DNA from: an uncultured virus (IMG/VR IMGVR_UViG_3300032270_000355)
Lineage: Duplodnaviria > Heunggongvirae > Uroviricota > Caudoviricetes
DNA length: 20,000 bases
IMG/VR virus record: IMGVR_UViG_3300032270_000355
Strand: one strand, 5' to 3'
Below, one piece after another: positions 7,204 to 14,993 of the stretch. The translations under genes were made by a program, and so were the position numbers. How positions within the stretch are numbered: the stretch's first letter is position 1; every line of letters starts with the position of its first letter. Below the pieces are notes generated by a model. It worked only from the letters and a program-made list of their open reading frames with translations. It was not told where the DNA came from and did no database searches.

Positions 7204-7974
7204 TTATCTTCCTATGTATTGTTTAGGTTGGGCTTCCATTCTTCTTTGCTTTTCAGTCTTAGGAAACCATTCAGTTCCCAAGTGTGGATATTTTTCTATC
7301 CTGTCTTGTACAACAAACCACATTATAATCATGGTAAGGGCAACTATACCCATAAACATACTAAACCATTTGAAAAATGTTTTTATAATTTTAACTAATT
7401 TAGCATGTTCTCTATCATGTTCCATTTGTATCTGAATATTACGCTTGAGTGCTTCGGACTGTCTTGCATTTATTATCTTAGACTGCTTCAGCACTTCTGT
7501 CCACAGCGCACCCAACTCAGGTGGGCTTTGATATATCATTACCTCACGTAACTCAACTTCCATCTGTTCGAGTTTCTTTTGCATCAACACTCTTTGTAGA
7601 GCACGTTTTCCTACAGAAGCGTCACCTGTATATAATTCATATGAACGCTTTTCTTCTGCCTCAAATACTGCTATACACTTTGCTTGATTATCAAAGAAAG
7701 CACCAAGATGTTGGCCAAGTTCGAAATAAATGTCACCAGTGTCTTTCTTGTTTAACTCTTTTATTCTTGCCTTTTCTTCATTAAACTGTTTGACTGCTTC
7801 AGGTGGAGGTTTCTTTCCTTTCGCAGCATAAGCCCCATTGAACTGCTCATCCAGATCTTTGAGCACATCCTTTATATCTCCAGCTGCACCTTTGATATCT
7901 TTATATAATTTACACCCAGCCTTGATCGCAGAAACTGCTCCATTAGCCAGTGCAAAGAGTGTTAAAGGATCCAT
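7204..7974 (-). CDS. 'MDP' family helical protein with a C-terminal TM (256 aa)
   Basis: N-terminal amphipathic helix MDPLTLFALANGAVSAIK, coiled region, TM near residues 200-222. Confidence 0.8.
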   Translation of the reverse strand: MDPLTLFALANGAVSAIKAGCKLYKDIKGAAGDIKDVLKDLDEQFNGAYAAKGKKPPPEAVKQFNEEKARIKELNKKDTGDIYFELGQHLGAFFDNQAKCIAVFEAEEKRSYELYTGDASVGKRALQRVLMQKKLEQMEVELREVMIYQSPPELGALWTEVLKQSKIINARQSEALKRNIQIQMEHDREHAKLVKIIKTFFKWFSMFMGIVALTMIIMWFVVQDRIEKYPHLGTEWFPKTEKQRRMEAQPKQYIGR

Positions 7975-8115
7975 TTATTTCCTTTTTCTCCACTCTAAAC
8001 AAACTACACGACGTTCATAAACATCACCAGTCCATGTCCATCGCACACATTCCCATTCTGGCCATTTTCTAACAGGTTCTTGCGTAAGTGCTAACGCTAA
8101 GATCCATTCATACAT
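7975..8115 (-). CDS. Trp/Cys-rich small protein (46 aa; not in ORF track)
   Basis: MYEWILALALTQEPVRKWPEWECVRWTWTGDVYERRVVCLEWRKRK; its stop abuts the next ATG. Confidence 0.7.
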   Translation of the reverse strand: MYEWILALALTQEPVRKWPEWECVRWTWTGDVYERRVVCLEWRKRK

Positions 8116-8120
8116 CTCTT

Positions 8121-8234
8121 CTATTTCCTATCTTTAAGCCAGTCTTTAAACATTACACTAAAAACCATTAATAGAGGTATCGTAGATAAAAGGAATATTA
8201 GATCACTCATTGTAATAATTATATTGAAGTGCAT
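8121..8234 (-). CDS. Small single-TM peptide (37 aa; not in ORF track)
   Basis: SD AAGGA; MHFNIIITMSDLIFLLSTIPLLMVFSVMFKDWLKDRK; alternative start at 8210. Confidence 0.55.
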   Translation of the reverse strand: MHFNIIITMSDLIFLLSTIPLLMVFSVMFKDWLKDRK

Positions 8235-8243
8235 AGTGTTCCT

Positions 8244-8858
8244 TTAATTTTTAGCATAATCTTCACGTTCTTTCTTTTCACGTGCTTCACGTTCTTTTTG
8301 TTGCTGGCGTAGAACTAGATTTCTTTGTGCTACCTTTTGTTCATAAATTCGTTTCTCTTCTACTTGAGCATAAATACCAACACCGCCCATAATAAATGCA
8401 AATACAATAGCAGATACTGCTAGAAAATACATTCCAAAAATAAACATATCAGCCATTTTCTTTTTATGTGCTAATTGACGTTTTTCTTCTTCAAATTCAG
8501 CTTCTGCACGTTCCTTAAAAAGTCTAGTGCGTTCCTTGATCATCTGTTCCCAAATTTCAGGCTTACCCAATTGCCATAAAATCATGTCTTTAAGATCTCG
8601 CTCTGCTTGCCTTAAAGCATCACTATGCATAGCAATTTGTAGGGCTTCATGACCCAACTCTGCGTCTGTTTTTCCTAATCGACTTGCCTTTGCCTTTACC
8701 TTTATTCGTTCACGGTGAATAGCATCTGATGATTCAAAGAATTTACTAAACTGTCCAGCAAGACTGTTTATGTCCTTACCTAAAGCAATGGCTTGTTTTA
8801 TATGGCCAACAGCAGATTGAGCAGCAGCAAAAGCCAATCCAATAGTTATGGGATCCAT
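8244..8858 (-). CDS. 'MDP' family helical protein with a TM and charged tail (204 aa)
   Basis: MDPITIGLAFAAAQSAVGHIKQAI; TM near residues 139-163; TAATG-coupled to the 777-aa gene. Confidence 0.8.
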   Translation of the reverse strand: MDPITIGLAFAAAQSAVGHIKQAIALGKDINSLAGQFSKFFESSDAIHRERIKVKAKASRLGKTDAELGHEALQIAMHSDALRQAERDLKDMILWQLGKPEIWEQMIKERTRLFKERAEAEFEEEKRQLAHKKKMADMFIFGMYFLAVSAIVFAFIMGGVGIYAQVEEKRIYEQKVAQRNLVLRQQQKEREAREKKEREDYAKN

Positions 8859-11191
8859 TATCTACCCTCATATTGTTTTTCCACCATTTCATTGTGAAGT
8901 TTATCAGTACCACCAAACATTCTTAAGGCACTGCGATTATCAATCGTTCTCTGATTATTGTAAACTGTGAAAGGTTTATAACCAGCAACATCTGGTAACA
9001 TTGCTTTACCATATGCGTCAAATCCAGGAGTGAAACCCATTGCTTGGATAACTACATTTTGCATCTGTTTTTGAGACTCTAAGTTAGCAAGCTGACCCAT
9101 CTCATTGGCAACATTCTTACCTCTTTCTACAGCCTCTGCTCTGGCAGCAGCTTGTCTTCTTTCATTTATTGCTTGTCTTGCAGTTGGTGCTGCTGGTTTA
9201 TCAGATGACGCTTGAGCAGTATTAGTATTCGGTGGCGGAGAACTGCCTCCAGAGCCTTTCGGAGAATCATCTTTTTTATCCTCTTGTTTATTACCACCAC
9301 CCTTTGGTTCATTTTGAGCCATTTGTTGCTGTGGAGCAGGTGGAGGTGGTGCTAACTGAACTGCTGCAGCAGGTGCACCAGCAGAGTTTGTACTTGGAGG
9401 TGGAGCAGCAATTGCTTTGTCTACATTACTATCACCTGTTTTTGAAACTCCGACAGAAACTGCGCCATCGGAACCAACTGTAGCTGAAACAGTTGTTGTA
9501 GAAACAGGTTGATTGGCAGGATCATTTCGTGCCACTGTACCTGCTGTAGCTACTATTGATGCTGTACCTTGTTGTTCAAGAAGCATCTTAGTTGCATAAG
9601 CAGTTGAATAATTTGGGCATGTTCTATCATATAATCCATCTAATGAGCATTGTTGTGCTTTATATGCTGCAGCATACCCAGAACATGTTGTAGAGTAAAG
9701 AGAATTAGCAGTACATTGTTGGTTATGATAAGCTGACGCATAACCTGTACAAGTAGTTGCATATAAAGGATTTATGGAACACTGTTGGTCATGGTATGCT
9801 GTCTGATAACCATTACAAGTTACATCATATAATGGATTCAATGAACACTGTTGATTTTTATAGGCTGTAGCATAACCAGAACAACGAGTGCTATACAGTG
9901 AATCCATAGAACATTGTTGATCCAAATACGCTTGTTCATATCCAGAACAAGTGGTACTGTATAGTGGATTGATTGAGCATTGATATGTCAAGTAAGCCGA
10001 AGCATAACCTGGACATGCTGGATCAGACAATGGACTTGCCGAACATTGCTGAGAAAATACTGCCTGTGCATAACCTGGACATGCAGAATTAAACATTGGA
10101 TTGATTGCACACTGTTGAGTTTGATACGCTTGTTGGTATCCAGGACATGACTGTGATGACAGTGGATCAACTACACATGGATCTGGTGTATACTGCCATC
10201 TGCTCCAGCTACTGTATAGTGCTGTAGTTCCAACTTCTCGTGTTGATAAAGAGAAGTTACCCATTGTTGATAATAATTTCTGAGTTGGAAATACATAACT
10301 GTAACTAGGAGTACCGCTAGTATTTGCTCCATGATTATGTGTCGCAGAATAAAGAGATGTCCCAGCACTTGATGTTACATTAACATCAACTGCCATTGAA
10401 GATGATGACCATCCAGTACAAAATATTAAAAATGCACTTGAACACCAGTCACCACCAACATAGTAGTGGTATCCATACTCGAATCCATTAATATTAACAC
10501 CAGCACCAGAAAGGTTTAGTGCTTGGTTGATTGCATATGACTGAGCATAGATTGTCTGACTTGTCAGAACTTGATTAAAGTTTGCACAACTTGGAGAAAA
10601 CAGTGGGTTTGCCGTGCATGGATCAACTGTATAGTTTAGAGAAAGATTTACATCTTTCACTTGTGGTCCATACAATCCTGCCCACCAACGAGCATCTTTA
10701 CCAGTGAAAGAAATGCTTAGATTACCAACATCAGCTAGACCATATTGCTGATTAAAGTTTTGTGATCCAGAAACAGTTCTCCAACCATCTTGAACCTGAT
10801 TCATCGCATAATTGTATTGCTCAAGAGTCGAACCAGTTGGGGATGTTAATTTGATGGTAGAAGAGAGTGTTCCACCAGTGCTGCCATTGTTCAGATATTG
10901 CCATGAGTAGTTATACCCACCAATCTGAACACCAGAGCCAGACAATGCTTGATTAATAGCAAATGTCTGTGCCACAGTTGCTTGGTTATATCCAAACATG
11001 ATTGTGTTTGTTGATGGATTATACGCAGGGACATTACCACCAGAAAATCCACCACCAGTGGATGTGGATGGAACTACACCAGTCCAATTATTGGTTATTA
11101 GGTTTGGTGTTGTCTGAACAGTTTGTGCGATGGCTGAGCAAGATAAAAATCCTGCTAGCAAAATAGCAGCAAGGACAGAAACCAACTTCAT
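8858..11191 (-). CDS. Large exported Cys-repeat protein (777 aa)
   Basis: Signal peptide, two related S/T/G/N/Y-rich domains, nine tandem 22-aa Cys repeats, a Pro/Ala/Gly-rich linker and a C-terminal domain. Confidence 0.88.
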   Translation of the reverse strand: MKLVSVLAAILLAGFLSCSAIAQTVQTTPNLITNNWTGVVPSTSTGGGFSGGNVPAYNPSTNTIMFGYNQATVAQTFAINQALSGSGVQIGGYNYSWQYLNNGSTGGTLSSTIKLTSPTGSTLEQYNYAMNQVQDGWRTVSGSQNFNQQYGLADVGNLSISFTGKDARWWAGLYGPQVKDVNLSLNYTVDPCTANPLFSPSCANFNQVLTSQTIYAQSYAINQALNLSGAGVNINGFEYGYHYYVGGDWCSSAFLIFCTGWSSSSMAVDVNVTSSAGTSLYSATHNHGANTSGTPSYSYVFPTQKLLSTMGNFSLSTREVGTTALYSSWSRWQYTPDPCVVDPLSSQSCPGYQQAYQTQQCAINPMFNSACPGYAQAVFSQQCSASPLSDPACPGYASAYLTYQCSINPLYSTTCSGYEQAYLDQQCSMDSLYSTRCSGYATAYKNQQCSLNPLYDVTCNGYQTAYHDQQCSINPLYATTCTGYASAYHNQQCTANSLYSTTCSGYAAAYKAQQCSLDGLYDRTCPNYSTAYATKMLLEQQGTASIVATAGTVARNDPANQPVSTTTVSATVGSDGAVSVGVSKTGDSNVDKAIAAPPPSTNSAGAPAAAVQLAPPPPAPQQQMAQNEPKGGGNKQEDKKDDSPKGSGGSSPPPNTNTAQASSDKPAAPTARQAINERRQAAARAEAVERGKNVANEMGQLANLESQKQMQNVVIQAMGFTPGFDAYGKAMLPDVAGYKPFTVYNNQRTIDNRSALRMFGGTDKLHNEMVEKQYEGR
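9590..10183 (-). repeat. Nine tandem 66-bp (22-aa) coding repeats, consensus QQCSxNPLYSTTCxGYxxAYxx
   Basis: Runs from DPCVVDPLSSQSCPGY to QQCSLDGLYDRTCPNYSTAYAT; 9 x 66 = 594 bp with no indels; C-x9-C spacing is invariant. Confidence 0.92.
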
Positions 11192-11194
11192 TGG

Positions 11195-11668
11195 TTATTC
11201 CTTGCTCTTAACTTTCTGTGGTTGGCGATCTGGTGATGCAACCCAAATTTCTTTGGCAGACTCACCGATTTTACCATCGACTGGACAAGGTGTACCAGCA
11301 TTCATCATTGCTGAGAATACTCTTTCATCTTGACACATAATGGAAACCGCAGCAACTTTCATACCCATATCGTAAATACCACGAGCGAGTTTTAATCGTT
11401 CGCAATTTTTATCGACCATAGTAGAACCAAAGCTGATACCTAGGATTTGAGTTTGTGCTGCGCCAGATACACCTACTGCGCAAACATCGGAGTTGATAAC
11501 TGTAATTGCTGGAGCAACAGCAGTTGGGGGTGGGGACTTAACTGTAGTTGTGCTAGTAGAGTTAGAGTCTGTGGTGCTTCTTGAAGTCGAGTCAGTAACG
11601 ATGGGATCTGCCATCGCAGTAGATGTAGCCATAACAAAAAGCACCGCTGTAGCGATCTTTTTGTACAT
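11195..11668 (-). CDS. Exported four-Cys protein (157 aa)
   Basis: Signal peptide ending AMA, S/T-rich linker, PPPTAVAP, then DVC..KNC..IMCQD..AGTPCP. Confidence 0.85.
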   Translation of the reverse strand: MYKKIATAVLFVMATSTAMADPIVTDSTSRSTTDSNSTSTTTVKSPPPTAVAPAITVINSDVCAVGVSGAAQTQILGISFGSTMVDKNCERLKLARGIYDMGMKVAAVSIMCQDERVFSAMMNAGTPCPVDGKIGESAKEIWVASPDRQPQKVKSKE

Positions 11669-11683
11669 TTGAATTACCTTTTT

Positions 11684-12229
11684 TTATAGTGTTATTGGAA
11701 TCCATAACCAAACTGCTTGTGACATAATAAAGGCTCCAAGTGCTCCGACTACAACACTGGCTTTAAACATATTTTGATTAACTGCTAGAATACTAGCTGT
11801 CAATAAAACAATTGCTATTTGTAATAAACTGCCTGCGTAAGTATAAAAAGGACTACGCTGTTTAGCTACCGCTCGTTCAGCTTCTAATCCTCTCGCCTTC
11901 GCCATCAATTCAACTTTACCCTCTCCAGTTTTTGGATCGGATTCATATCTGTCAATCTTACTTTTTAATGCTTCTGTTTTTTTCTTGTCATTAGAACGAA
12001 CGGCATCGTCATATGCCATTTCTGCTAGTGTTTGTTTAATAGACTTTGCCTGAAAAAATGCCCACGTATTGTTTGCTTCAATCGTATTATTTAATATTTT
12101 ACTGGAATTTGAACCACCAACTAATGTGTTTATGGCTAGTAATGCTGCAAGTATACAGATTACCATCCCTGCTTTGTCTTTTATCTGCGCTTCTCTTTCA
12201 GAACGAGATAGTTGTTTTACTTCTGCCAT
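11684..12229 (-). CDS. DUF4337-like membrane protein
   Basis: N-terminal TM, ANNTWAFFQAKSIKQ motif, two C-terminal TMs (LLQIAIVL). Confidence 0.7.
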   Translation of the reverse strand: MAEVKQLSRSEREAQIKDKAGMVICILAALLAINTLVGGSNSSKILNNTIEANNTWAFFQAKSIKQTLAEMAYDDAVRSNDKKKTEALKSKIDRYESDPKTGEGKVELMAKARGLEAERAVAKQRSPFYTYAGSLLQIAIVLLTASILAVNQNMFKASVVVGALGAFIMSQAVWLWIPITL

Positions 12230-12259
12230 CGAAATATTCCTATTGTAGTTATTATAAAA

Positions 12260-13426
12260 TTATTTAGGAATGGTCGGATTACCGACTGAAGGTTGCAAAT
12301 CTTCCACTTCTTTTTCTATAGTTTTTGCTCGTTCTTCTTCAGTCGTAGGAGTAATCCTTCTTCCTGCAGAATCATACTCAATAGTCTTAACTGAAACTCC
12401 TGGAGCAGTATCTCTGTTCGGTTTCAGAAATTCCCTTACGCTTGTCATAAAGTGATTCGCTTTAGGAGTCACGTAGGTATTCGGGAGAGTATTAAATAAC
12501 TCTGGCTCCCAATCTTTCGTATGAGTCTGTTCTGTTACAGCAAGATCTTCTTCTGTTATAGTATCGGTTTGAATAGGTGTAACTTTATCTTCAGACTCGA
12601 TATTATCTTCTATATTTAAAATATGATCTTTTGGTGGTTCTTCAGCAGGTAAAGTTCCAGCATCAATTATTTCTTTTTTATTACTGCGTGAAAGATTCCA
12701 ATTTGCTGCTATCAATAATAGTACAGCCAGTGGATCAAACACTACTACGATAAGCATTGTAACGAAACGAACAGCTTTTTCTAATATGTCTGTTTCTGGA
12801 TTATCACCATACAATACTGCAGCAATATATTTTATTGGACCGACTTCGGCTTCGACTTTACGGACTTCGCTGGCGATCGGGGCACGTTCTTCGTTGTACT
12901 TGGCGATCTTGGTTTGCGCTGCACCGATTTCGGTAAGGATTCTGGCTCTGTCTTTTTGCTGTCCTCTACGGATGGAGATGGAACGATCGGCTCCACTGGC
13001 TTCGGTTGTTCTGCTGAGGGTTTGATCCACTTGAGCATCGAGTTGAGTAAGTTCTTTACGGCTTGCATTGATATTCTCCTTTTCGGTTTTTATCTTTTCA
13101 TCTATGAGAGCTAACTTTGATTGAACATCACCTGTTGGTATTGCTTGATCTAAGTGGGCTTTTGATAAGAAACCAAAGATACCCATAGAAGTTAACAACA
13201 TCAAAATTACTAATGATACTGTGAAATATGACTTCATAAGTTTTGGAATTTCTTTCCAGTTCCTATAAAGCCATGATGCAACTACAAGTTTTGCTGCTTC
13301 TAACAGAGAACCCATAATGGCAATCGGTATCACTGCTGCAGCAAAAATTGCGCAAAGTCCAGCAATGGCGTACCATGCTGCAACAGCTGAAAGGGATAAT
13401 GCTACTGCGAATAGTAGATATGTCAT
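12260..13426 (-). CDS. Multi-TM coiled-coil membrane protein (388 aa)
   Basis: Three N-terminal TMs, TSMGIFGFLSKAH, coiled coil, EVGPIKYIA, TM with VFDPLAVLLLIAA, low-complexity acidic tail. Confidence 0.85.
   Translation of the reverse strand: MTYLLFAVALSLSAVAAWYAIAGLCAIFAAAVIPIAIMGSLLEAAKLVVASWLYRNWKEIPKLMKSYFTVSLVILMLLTSMGIFGFLSKAHLDQAIPTGDVQSKLALIDEKIKTEKENINASRKELTQLDAQVDQTLSRTTEASGADRSISIRRGQQKDRARILTEIGAAQTKIAKYNEERAPIASEVRKVEAEVGPIKYIAAVLYGDNPETDILEKAVRFVTMLIVVVFDPLAVLLLIAANWNLSRSNKKEIIDAGTLPAEEPPKDHILNIEDNIESEDKVTPIQTDTITEEDLAVTEQTHTKDWEPELFNTLPNTYVTPKANHFMTSVREFLKPNRDTAPGVSVKTIEYDSAGRRITPTTEEERAKTIEKEVEDLQPSVGNPTIPK
12261..12267 (-). promoter_or_regulatory. Candidate late promoter CTAAATA
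   Basis: Overlaps the stop of the 388-aa gene, about 30 nt upstream of ATG 12229. Confidence 0.35.
12832..13068 (-). CDS. Putative nested (+1 frame) gene encoding a 78-aa Pro/Ser/Lys-rich protein
   Basis: AAGGAG-N7-ATG, and the ORF coincides with a local GC spike of about 55%. Confidence 0.6.
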   Translation of the reverse strand: MQAVKNLLNSMLKWIKPSAEQPKPVEPIVPSPSVEDSKKTEPESLPKSVQRKPRSPSTTKNVPRSPAKSVKSKPKSVQ

Positions 13427-13845
13427 AGTTTATTTTTTATATGAGATCCATGCACTCGAACAGATATCTGTCCATTATAGTATGCATCGGACTCTAGTAC
13501 TTTCCTTGCAAATTGCTCTCGTGCCTCGATATAAGAGCACTCAGCTTTTGATTGACAAAAGAATAAAATCTCTCGAGTAAAAGATTCTTTACCCAGAGAC
13601 TGTATATCTTTATTTAGTTCTTCGCTGGAACCATAATAATCTAACCAATCAGAATCTATCTTAGATTTGATTTTCTTTCGTTTCTTAGTCCCATTTTTTA
13701 ATGTGACCATTTTGTAGGATGTTTTAGAAAACTTTGATAGTTTCTTCCCTACATACATACGACTGTTGGCTTTGTTCGTAATTAAATAAACAAAGCCAAC
13801 ACATTCGGGTAATTCTTCAACAATGATATTTTGATATGTCCACAT
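13423..13845 (-). CDS. GIY-YIG family nuclease (140 aa)
   Basis: GFVYLITN...MYVGKK, YYGSS, a conserved Glu helix (YIEAREQF) and YYN. Confidence 0.8.
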   Translation of the reverse strand: MWTYQNIIVEELPECVGFVYLITNKANSRMYVGKKLSKFSKTSYKMVTLKNGTKKRKKIKSKIDSDWLDYYGSSEELNKDIQSLGKESFTREILFFCQSKAECSYIEAREQFARKVLESDAYYNGQISVRVHGSHIKNKL

Positions 13846-13851
13846 AAGACA

Positions 13852-13859
13852 TATTTATT
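13852..13859 (-). promoter_or_regulatory. Candidate T4-type late promoter AATAAATA
   Basis: 7/8 match to TATAAATA, 6 nt upstream of the GIY-YIG ATG. Confidence 0.5.
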
Positions 13860-14004
13860 CATCCTCGTCTAACCCTTCTTCTTCATAAATGTCAGAACCA
13901 CATAGTGGGCAATGAACGATATCTTCAAAATTAAAGTCATCACCCTTTACTGTTATCTTTCCTTCTGCATCACAATGATTGCAATTAAATTGTTTTACTA
14001 TCAT
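13855..14004 (-). CDS. Zn-ribbon peptide with acidic tail (49 aa; not in ORF track)
   Basis: MIVKQFNCNHCDAEGKITVKGDDFNFEDIVHCPLCGSDIYEEEGLDEDE; ATGA-coupled to nrdB. Confidence 0.8.
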   Translation of the reverse strand: MIVKQFNCNHCDAEGKITVKGDDFNFEDIVHCPLCGSDIYEEEGLDEDE

Positions 14005-14993
14005 GCTGCTTTCCCCCATACATCATTCCAAGAACCAGAGAGTGCACCTTTAGCATAGTCAGTCACTCGGTTTTCAAAGAAGTTACCATGAACTGGTGCA
14101 TTGATCATCTCCTCAACCCATGGTAATGGGTTGCGCTTGACTTTGTAAATGCCTTTCATGCCGAGACTAATCAATCTACGATCAGCGATATAACGAATAT
14201 ATTGTTTGACATCAGCTGCAGAAAGTTCACGCATATCACCATTGGCATAACAGAGATCGATGAATTTATCTTCAAGTTCAACCATCTTCTCAGCGATGGT
14301 ATAAATCTTTCCTTTAAGTTCGTCATTCCAGATTTCATTATTTTCTTTAATGAATTCTTTGAATAGACGAATCATATTCTCGGAGTGCATCGTTTCATCA
14401 ACGATAGACCAAGTAACGATTTGTCCCATTCCCTTCATCATACCATGACGAGGAAAGTTAAGAAGCATGATGAATGAAGAGAACAACTGCATCCCTTCAG
14501 TGAAAGCACTGAACACGGCAATGTGGGTTGCAGTTGAAGAAAGTGTTCCATTCTTGGAACTTAATTCTGTAACGTAATCATGCTTGTCACGCATCTCTTT
14601 ATATTCAAGAAATTCATTGTAAGTGGATTCAGGCATGCCAAGAGTTTCAATAAGATGTGAGTAAGCAGCAATGTGAAGTGCTTCACGTGCAGCAAACCCC
14701 ATAAGCATCATACGAATCTCAGGCTGAGGGAAGTAAGGTAGATAATTGTTAACATAGCCACCAGCCACGTCGATATCACCCTGTGTAAAGAATCGAAAGA
14801 TATTTGTGAGGAACTTCTTTTCTTCATTAGTTAGTTTTTTCTTCCAATCTTTAACGTCTTCAGCCATTGGAACTTCTGTATGAAGCCAATGACTTTGTTC
14901 ATGTTTTAACCATGCGTCATAAGCCCATGGATAATTAAATGGTTTGAAGTATGTTCGTTGATCTGTTAGATTTGATTTTGTTTTTGCTATCAT
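14001..14993 (-). CDS. nrdB: Ribonucleotide reductase class Ia beta subunit
   Basis: FFTQGDIDV, REALHIAAY (radical Tyr), TEGMQLFSSF, VDETMH and NFFENRVTDY. Confidence 0.97.
   Translation of the reverse strand: MIAKTKSNLTDQRTYFKPFNYPWAYDAWLKHEQSHWLHTEVPMAEDVKDWKKKLTNEEKKFLTNIFRFFTQGDIDVAGGYVNNYLPYFPQPEIRMMLMGFAAREALHIAAYSHLIETLGMPESTYNEFLEYKEMRDKHDYVTELSSKNGTLSSTATHIAVFSAFTEGMQLFSSFIMLLNFPRHGMMKGMGQIVTWSIVDETMHSENMIRLFKEFIKENNEIWNDELKGKIYTIAEKMVELEDKFIDLCYANGDMRELSAADVKQYIRYIADRRLISLGMKGIYKVKRNPLPWVEEMINAPVHGNFFENRVTDYAKGALSGSWNDVWGKAA

Noticed and set aside
9590..10183. 66-bp periodicity as a possible CRISPR array or DGR repeat
   Set aside because: The repeats are degenerate at the DNA level, conserved at the amino-acid level and in frame; there is no constant repeat/unique spacer structure and no cas or RT gene in the window.
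9988..10368. Short alternative-frame minus ORFs within the 777-aa gene
   Set aside because: Likely by-products of biased codon use in the repeat region; no protein-like features.
13423..13845. GIY-YIG gene as a mobile homing endonuclease or intron ORF
   Set aside because: Only 140 aa with no obvious C-terminal DNA-binding modules, and the neighbouring nrdA, nrdB and thyX appear uninterrupted with no visible intron or intein.
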